Source of the DNA: a virus
Taxonomy: Duplodnaviria > Caudoviricetes
Length of the DNA: 40,863 nt
Strand: one strand, 5' to 3'
IMG/VR virus record: IMGVR_UViG_3300027571_000025
Span: 1-40,863 of that record
This document shows, piece by piece, positions 35,688 to 40,863 of this stretch (its first letter is position 1; every line of letters begins with the position of its first letter). Under the pieces are notes generated by a model, which ran no database searches, was not told where the DNA came from, and worked only from the letters and a program-made list of their open reading frames with translations. The translations under genes and the position numbers were made by a program.

Positions 35688-36839
35688 AAAGAAGTAAGGC
35701 ATAACAACCTTACGATTAGACTCAAGGTCGATCTGGAATAACACAAAACCGGATCGGCCTTTCTTAAAGTTAGTCTGAACCCACTCAGAGCTTGGAGAGA
35801 ATGCCGGGAAGTTGAAGTAGTCAAATTCATCGGAAGAACAATAGTCAAATAGCATCTGGTGAGAGTCACCTTTACTGAACTCTATATAGTCACAAGACCT
35901 TAGATCATGCGAGTGTCTAATGTACTGAGATATTTTCTCAACACCTCTTGGATCAAGTTGGACCTTGAATCCGAACTTAAGGTTGCGAGAGTCTTTGCCA
36001 TGGCTAATGATAAACCCATGTCTTCCAATTATATAGTGGTTTATAAACTTCTTGTGGTTAATAACATTGACGTTGCTATACTTACGATCAATGACATGCT
36101 TGAATGCTGAGTTGACAATGTATCCAAATGCCCCTGAGTGATTGTCTTCACAGATATTATTGCAAAGAATGTTCTTATATTGAGGGGCTAGGTAGTCGAT
36201 CAACAATACTTTAGCCTTGAGACCTGCCTCAAATGCTTCTTCGTTTGTCATGTTCTGTGGGAGCTTATGTCCTTTACGAGTAGTCTCACCATCCCATCCA
36301 TCCATAAAGTCTCCTAGATCGTCTATAATGAGGCTGTCTGACGATTTATTTGCTAGAACAAACTCAGCCATCTCCTCAACCCTCTTATTAAGTAGGTCTC
36401 CATTCCAATCAGTGGCATATAATGCCAATCCTTTACGACTAGCATCCATGCCTACATGAACGTCAGTCCATACCAATCGATCGATTGTCTTTCCTGGATT
36501 CCAATCTGACTTGGGAACAGGAGACTTACCTTCAATACACTTTGATATGATAGACTCATAGTCTATTTCATCAACACGATAAGCCGGGTTCTTAATAAAT
36601 AAAGAAGCTTGCTTGGTCTTAAGCCAGAGATATGGTACGTTTGACGGAGCTACCTGTAGATCATCACATACCTCATCAACACCATTGTTAGTGTGTTTTT
36701 TAATTGCACGTGAGACATTAACTCTCATTGTCTCTGGCGTAGTAGTAAGATTGTTTTCTTGGATTATTTGTCTGGCAATATCAGCCTTTGTCATTCCCGA
36801 CTCTAGGAGCTCCAGGATTCTTTCCATATACTGTTTCAT
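35679..36839 (-). CDS. Calcineurin-like metallophosphoesterase with N-terminal HTH
   Basis: Motifs TDVHVG, LGDFMDG, EDNHS, SHG and GDSHQ; N-terminal GMTKADIARQI helix-turn-helix. Confidence 0.8.
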   Translation of the reverse strand: MKQYMERILELLESGMTKADIARQIIQENNLTTTPETMRVNVSRAIKKHTNNGVDEVCDDLQVAPSNVPYLWLKTKQASLFIKNPAYRVDEIDYESIISKCIEGKSPVPKSDWNPGKTIDRLVWTDVHVGMDASRKGLALYATDWNGDLLNKRVEEMAEFVLANKSSDSLIIDDLGDFMDGWDGETTRKGHKLPQNMTNEEAFEAGLKAKVLLIDYLAPQYKNILCNNICEDNHSGAFGYIVNSAFKHVIDRKYSNVNVINHKKFINHYIIGRHGFIISHGKDSRNLKFGFKVQLDPRGVEKISQYIRHSHDLRSCDYIEFSKGDSHQMLFDYCSSDEFDYFNFPAFSPSSEWVQTNFKKGRSGFVLFQIDLESNRKVVMPYFFLI

Positions 36840-36996
36840 CGTAATGGGTTTTATGTAGATCCCTTAGGACCATGATTAGATTTTGAATTGTGGGAATTAA
36901 TGCGTCATAATCTTCGTCCATAAGATGCTCATAGATATTGTCAGTTAGCTCGTTGATTTCGAGCATAGTGGAGTTGACATAGTTGACATTCTGCAT
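36781..36996 (-). CDS. Hypothetical protein (71 aa)
   Basis: ORF track; helical hairpin pattern; overlaps the next gene. Confidence 0.65.
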   Translation of the reverse strand: MQNVNYVNSTMLEINELTDNIYEHLMDEDYDALIPTIQNLIMVLRDLHKTHYDETVYGKNPGAPRVGNDKG

Positions 36997-37020
36997 TACG
37001 CAGGCTAATGTACAAAAAAT

Positions 37021-37263
37021 TTAAACAGTATAATTAAATGTTGATAAATATTTTATTGGATCTACTTGATAATTTATCCGATATTTATTAATATTCTCTC
37101 TTTTTATCACTCTAGCGATAAAGTATGGGTCAACAATAGACCCATCTTCCTTAATACCAACAGGCCATTTTTCTAATACCTTATTCACTGGAATTAACCT
37201 GGTGCCATGTTTTAATGGCATAGCCTTTATAGTTATATTAGCTACGTATACTCCTGGCTTCAT
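37021..37263 (-). CDS. Hypothetical protein (80 aa)
   Basis: ORF track; ATGA overlap with the upstream gene. Confidence 0.65.
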   Translation of the reverse strand: MKPGVYVANITIKAMPLKHGTRLIPVNKVLEKWPVGIKEDGSIVDPYFIARVIKRENINKYRINYQVDPIKYLSTFNYTV

Positions 37264-37469
37264 ATATAGTATTTTTTCAGATCATCCTGCTTCAAATCAA
37301 CACCTAAGTCTCTAAGCGTATTGATGTAGTTTCTGATTGTTACCTTATCAACCTCTAGAAATCTTGACATTGCATAAATTGGTCTAGGCTTTTCTTGTAG
37401 GTATGGTATTAGTTTATCTATCCTATTTCTTTTAGGACTATATAGTTTTTCAAATTTCTCTTGATTCAT
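37260..37469 (-). CDS. Small winged-HTH DNA-binding protein (HTH_11-like)
   Basis: MSRFLEVDKVTIRNYINTLRDLGV...KYYI pattern. Confidence 0.75.
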   Translation of the reverse strand: MNQEKFEKLYSPKRNRIDKLIPYLQEKPRPIYAMSRFLEVDKVTIRNYINTLRDLGVDLKQDDLKKYYI

Positions 37470-37495
37470 ATCAAATTATGTGTTTTTCACCATAC

Positions 37496-37771
37496 TTAAT
37501 CGGTTTTCTCCCGATTATGTGATGCATTTTTTGCATACTTTCTAATTAACTTAAAAGTTAAGTCCATGTCGTGCCAATTAAGAGTAAAGTCATCATCATT
37601 TGTTTTTGGATACCAAGCTACGCAGTATCCGTGGTTGGCATTTGTCCAATCCTCACGCTTAACTTTGTTACCATTAACTGACTTGAGGTATATCCAAGGA
37701 ACATTGCCCTCTATCTCAATCTCATAGCCAATCTTTTTAAGCCTCTCTCTAAACTTTACTACTTCGTTCAT
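37496..37771 (-). CDS. Hypothetical protein (91 aa)
   Basis: ORF track; GNVPWIYL..VNG motif; flanked by hairpin-rich DNA. Confidence 0.7.
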   Translation of the reverse strand: MNEVVKFRERLKKIGYEIEIEGNVPWIYLKSVNGNKVKREDWTNANHGYCVAWYPKTNDDDFTLNWHDMDLTFKLIRKYAKNASHNREKTD

Positions 37772-37875
37772 GTTATGTATAGATTTTTCAGGTTTTTATA
37801 CATAAGACATGACATATGTATAAAGTTTATGTGGCAACTTTTACCCCTTATCTTAACTTGTCTTGTAAAGCACAA

Positions 37876-38101
37876 TTATATGTTGTTTTGTGACTTATAT
37901 GACCTCTTATAGTCCAACCAGAATCCAAGCGCGACTATTATATTCATGCCGACAGAACTGATAATCTCTATGATATCATCATAAACAGTTGTCATTAAGT
38001 GAATATGACCTACCGTCCAAAACGGAATGGCTAAATTCTGGCTGATCCAAATTATGGTGTATTTTATAAACTCTCTAACCATTGTCTAAAATGGTTGCCC
38101 A
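37876..38101 (-). CDS. Small two-TM membrane protein (MVREFIKYTIIWISQNLAIPFW...; start near 38082)
   Basis: ORF track 37876..38082; two hydrophobic segments; exact start uncertain. Confidence 0.6.
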
Positions 38102-38330
38102 TGTTGACAAGTTCATAGTAAAATTCATGCACATCTTTCTCATACTCATGGTCCATCTTCTTGTACAAATGGTTGATTGACTTCTCTACAGCTTCAATGA
38201 AATCATTACCAGACTTCTTTATTCGTTTGTCATATACATTAGGGTATTGGTCTCTAATGTCTTCCATAAAGTCCATCATGACAGGAAGTACGCCTATGAC
38301 AGCAGCTAATTTCTTTTCATTCGATATCAT
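38064..38330 (-). CDS. Hypothetical protein (probable start MISNEKK near 38330)
   Basis: ORF track 38064..38366; the internal Met overlaps the end of the VRR-NUC gene. Confidence 0.6.
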   Translation of the reverse strand: MISNEKKLAAVIGVLPVMMDFMEDIRDQYPNVYDKRIKKSGNDFIEAVEKSINHLYKKMDHEYEKDVHEFYYELVNMGNHFRQWLESL

Positions 38331-38580
38331 AATATTCTCCATTAAACCAGGAGGCCGAGACTCCATGGTTGAGCAGCTCCTTGATTCTATAAATCTGAAG
38401 GGGTCTCGGCTTATGTCCTGGACGTTTTACTTCTATAAATTTAACATCTGAGTTTTTTGGTATGGCTATCAAGTCAGGGATACCAGGTTTATTAGTAACC
38501 GACAGTTTGAGCACGTAGTAGCCCTCACTCTCTAATTTTTTGATCAGTTTCGACTGTATTTGCTGCTCGGTCACCCACAA
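38317..38580 (-). CDS. VRR-NUC domain nuclease (PD-(D/E)XK, Holliday-junction-resolvase-like)
   Basis: E..IQ, GIPDLI, FIEVKRP and PRPLQ motifs. Confidence 0.88.
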   Translation of the reverse strand: MWVTEQQIQSKLIKKLESEGYYVLKLSVTNKPGIPDLIAIPKNSDVKFIEVKRPGHKPRPLQIYRIKELLNHGVSASWFNGEYYDIE

Positions 38581-38977
38581 ATGTATATGTTTTTTTTATA
38601 TCATAATAACCTTTTTCAATTCTTTTTTTGATTATCGTAAGGTCATAGTAACTACTTGCCATCATAACATCTTGCATCAAATCACCTTCATTATCTTCAT
38701 TTATGAAGTATTTATCCATAAACCTGTGACGTAAGTCTTCAGTTATTTTTTTATAATTGTCGTCACCTGTCTTTGGCCTCATCATTAACTCATGTTGTTG
38801 AAGAGAATGCAAAACAGTTGCATGATGTTTACCGATCATCTTACCAATCTTCATTATTGGTATTTTATTTTCTCTTAAAAACCATATAACAAAGTATCTT
38901 CTAAATAACTTTTCTCTGTTTCTACATGGTTTATTAAGCTCCTCTTCTTCTATTAAAATTTGAATTTCATTTAGCAT
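38525..38977 (-). CDS. DnaA domain IV-like HTH DNA-binding protein
   Basis: RRYFVIWFLR...IMKIGKMIGKHHATVLHS matches the DnaA C-terminal signature IG..F..RDHTTVLHA. Confidence 0.7.
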   Translation of the reverse strand: MLNEIQILIEEEELNKPCRNREKLFRRYFVIWFLRENKIPIMKIGKMIGKHHATVLHSLQQHELMMRPKTGDDNYKKITEDLRHRFMDKYFINEDNEGDLMQDVMMASSYYDLTIIKKRIEKGYYDIKKTYTFVGDRAANTVETDQKIRE

Positions 38978-40196
38978 AATCTTTCTTAAAAATGTTTAAC
39001 GTATAACTCTTTTTACTTTTAACAGCCTTATAGATTTTATCCTCTATTCCGCCTACGCTGAATATCCAATACACCTTATTGAACTTCCTATCCATTGTAG
39101 TCATCCGATCTCGAGCCTGCCAATACGATGTAGCACTGAAGTCAATGTTGTAGAACACCACATAGTCAGCGTTTTTTAAGGATATACCCTCACGACCGGA
39201 GACTATTTGTAAGGCTATAACCTGACACTTACCAGCATCAAAGTCTTCTAAGCTCTCAGTCAATTGATCACCATACACCTGCTTTAATGCCTTCAGCTCT
39301 GCCTTAAACTTGTAGAAGACGCCAATTCTTACTTCTGAGAATTTAAACTTGATGCACTCAGCCTTCGTGGTATCAATGACCATACTGTTACCGCTTTCAA
39401 ACTTCACAGTGCCACTACATAGCTGGTGTACCTTCTGCATTAACTTAACAGGGGTGTCAGCTAAAATAACTTCTTCTTTTCCCTCAACAACAAGGTCTCT
39501 CTCCAGCTTCTTCACAATCATCTTTGTCTTCTCAGACATGTCGACATAAAGAACTTCCTCCTCAATCGATGTCTCAAACCCAGACTGCTGCTGCGTATGA
39601 CTGATCATCAGGTAGGCCAACTTACTCATGATCTCAATCTCTTTTCCGTTCGAGTAGTCAGTCACCTTAAAGCCATTGATCACCCGGTCGAACTTATTGA
39701 CGTAGTCATCGGCCCATCGGTAGAAGTTTTTGTACTCACGGAATGGCGAGAAGTCGCTTACCCAGAACTGATGGTACATCTGTGAGTATGACTCAGGGCA
39801 TGGTGTGCCTGATAGAAAGATCATTGGCAAATGACCAAACATCTTTTTGAACATCTTGGTATACAACCCGGGCTTAGGGAAGGCACCAAATCTATGGTGC
39901 TCATCATGTATCACCACGTCGTAGTCATTAGATGGTAGTTTGTGCATTGACTCATCGTTAATAACGTCAATGTGGTATGTGTGACCAAACTCCTTGTAGT
40001 CGTCAAGTATTGATCCGATAGCCTTCTTCTTTGTAAGGAACAACACTCTCTTAGCGCCAAACATATTAGCTATCTCCAAGGAGGTGCTGGTCTTACCAGT
40101 TCTCACCTCCATGGCTAGGTATACAATATTGTGCTTAAGTAATGTGTATGTTGCCCTCTCAGCTATATCAATCTGATAGCTCCTTAGACTCTTCAT
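38967..40196 (-). CDS. SF2 (SNF2-like) helicase
   Basis: LRSYQ Q-motif, MEVRTGKT Walker A, IHDEHH Walker B, LSGTP motif III, SGREGISL motif V, QARDR motif VI. Confidence 0.9.
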   Translation of the reverse strand: MKSLRSYQIDIAERATYTLLKHNIVYLAMEVRTGKTSTSLEIANMFGAKRVLFLTKKKAIGSILDDYKEFGHTYHIDVINDESMHKLPSNDYDVVIHDEHHRFGAFPKPGLYTKMFKKMFGHLPMIFLSGTPCPESYSQMYHQFWVSDFSPFREYKNFYRWADDYVNKFDRVINGFKVTDYSNGKEIEIMSKLAYLMISHTQQQSGFETSIEEEVLYVDMSEKTKMIVKKLERDLVVEGKEEVILADTPVKLMQKVHQLCSGTVKFESGNSMVIDTTKAECIKFKFSEVRIGVFYKFKAELKALKQVYGDQLTESLEDFDAGKCQVIALQIVSGREGISLKNADYVVFYNIDFSATSYWQARDRMTTMDRKFNKVYWIFSVGGIEDKIYKAVKSKKSYTLNIFKKDYAK

Positions 40197-40461
40197 CCTT
40201 TAGTTTTTTGATTGCTTGAGTTAACTCTTCAGTTAACTCAGTTGAATTCCTAACCGACGATAACTCACGACGTAATGCCATGATGGCGTGGTATGGATCA
40301 TAATACAAGTCTTTATTCTCACCACTAATGAATCTCAATGCTGACACATATGATAACATCATAGATGACAACTCAGCATCTATCTTCTTACCTCTCGGTT
40401 TCTCAGCTACCTCTACTATTGCTTCGAAGCGCTTCTTTAAAATTACTTGTGCTAGGTTCAT
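40168..40461 (-). CDS. Hypothetical protein (97 aa)
   Basis: ORF track; overlaps both neighbours. Confidence 0.6.
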   Translation of the reverse strand: MNLAQVILKKRFEAIVEVAEKPRGKKIDAELSSMMLSYVSALRFISGENKDLYYDPYHAIMALRRELSSVRNSTELTEELTQAIKKLKDEESKELSD

Positions 40462-40712
40462 ACCATATACATATCATCGCACCATATAGGTGTTTGCTCA
40501 CCCACATAGCTTCCGCGAATGTTAAACTCAAAATGCTCTATTGCATCTTCAACGGTCATATCATCCTCAGTAACTAAATGCTCAATGATTTTTGATACTG
40601 AATAGATTAATCGCATAGGCTCGGCAATCTCAACTCCGATCACGGCACTATCTAACCCATCTGCCTTTAAAAATGTCTCGTCTGGGTAGTACTCTAAAAT
40701 TTCTTCTAACAT
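40458..40712 (-). CDS. Conserved phage hypothetical protein (84 aa)
   Basis: ADGLDSAVIG...EDAIEHFEFNIRGSYVGEQTPI, a recurrent aquatic-phage motif (recalled). Confidence 0.8.
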   Translation of the reverse strand: MLEEILEYYPDETFLKADGLDSAVIGVEIAEPMRLIYSVSKIIEHLVTEDDMTVEDAIEHFEFNIRGSYVGEQTPIWCDDMYMV

Positions 40713-40861
40713 AACTTTAACTGTTTTAATTCTTTAACAACAAAATGAATCTGTTTACCAAGTGTAACACGATTTACTCTTGGCTTCATACCAAACGCAA
40801 ACTCACCATACGCATCAAGCCAGTGATAAAACCTAGCGTTTGATATAGTATATCTACCTCT
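40706..40861 (-). CDS. 3' end of a gene truncated by the window edge (RGRYTISNARFYHWLDAYGEF...KQLKLC*), possibly primase-helicase
   Basis: 51 open codons running in from the window edge; stop overlaps the next start; function inferred only from context. Confidence 0.45.
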   Translation of the reverse strand, partial: RGRYTISNARFYHWLDAYGEFAFGMKPRVNRVTLGKQIHFVVKELKQLKLC

Positions 40862-40863
40862 AA

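Noticed and set aside
37003-37020. Possible minus-strand promoter TACATTAG upstream of the 71-aa gene
   Set aside because: One mismatch to TAnnTTTG and a single instance; too weak to call.
35907-40577. Plus-strand ORFs within the minus-strand replication region
   Set aside because: Antisense shadows of motif-supported genes.
1-40863. tRNA, rRNA, integrase, transposase, intron/intein, DGR reverse transcriptase, stop-codon reassignment
   Set aside because: No such motifs were seen. Intergenic gaps are mostly too short for RNA genes, and long ORFs are intact under the standard bacterial code with TAA, TAG and TGA all used as stops.

Overview
AT-rich, densely coding fragment of a lytic-type tailed dsDNA phage, very probably a podovirus-like phage of Bacteroidota. 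The host call rests on repeated TAnnTTTG promoter boxes, A-rich translation starts without Shine-Dalgarno motifs and a BACON-like domain. The + strand (1-35687) is the late/virion region. In order it carries tail-fibre accessory genes, a lysis cassette (spanin-like lipoprotein, holin, GH108 endolysin), a GroES-like protein, terminase, portal, scaffold, major capsid protein, adaptor/ring proteins, a split tail-nozzle gene, a GNAT protein and three putative ejection proteins, the last of 3167 aa. The - strand (35679-40863) is the end of the replication/early region: metallophosphoesterase, HTH proteins, VRR-NUC nuclease, DnaA-domain-IV-like protein and SNF2-type helicase. Three signals stand out. 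(1) A glycosyltransferase resembling plant Ser/Hyp O-glycosyltransferases sits directly behind a Cys-rich tail protein with four poly-Thr linkers, inside the nozzle gene, suggesting a virion O-glycosylation module. (2) The giant ejection gene carries hidden coding layers: a probable -1 frameshift near its start, a nested +1-frame small basic gene, and enzyme-like cargo domains each followed by a nested +1-frame ORF and a duplicated ~78-aa spacer. (3) Three promoter boxes lie exactly 4 nt before an ATG, suggesting leaderless mRNAs. All family assignments come from motif recognition by eye, not database searches.
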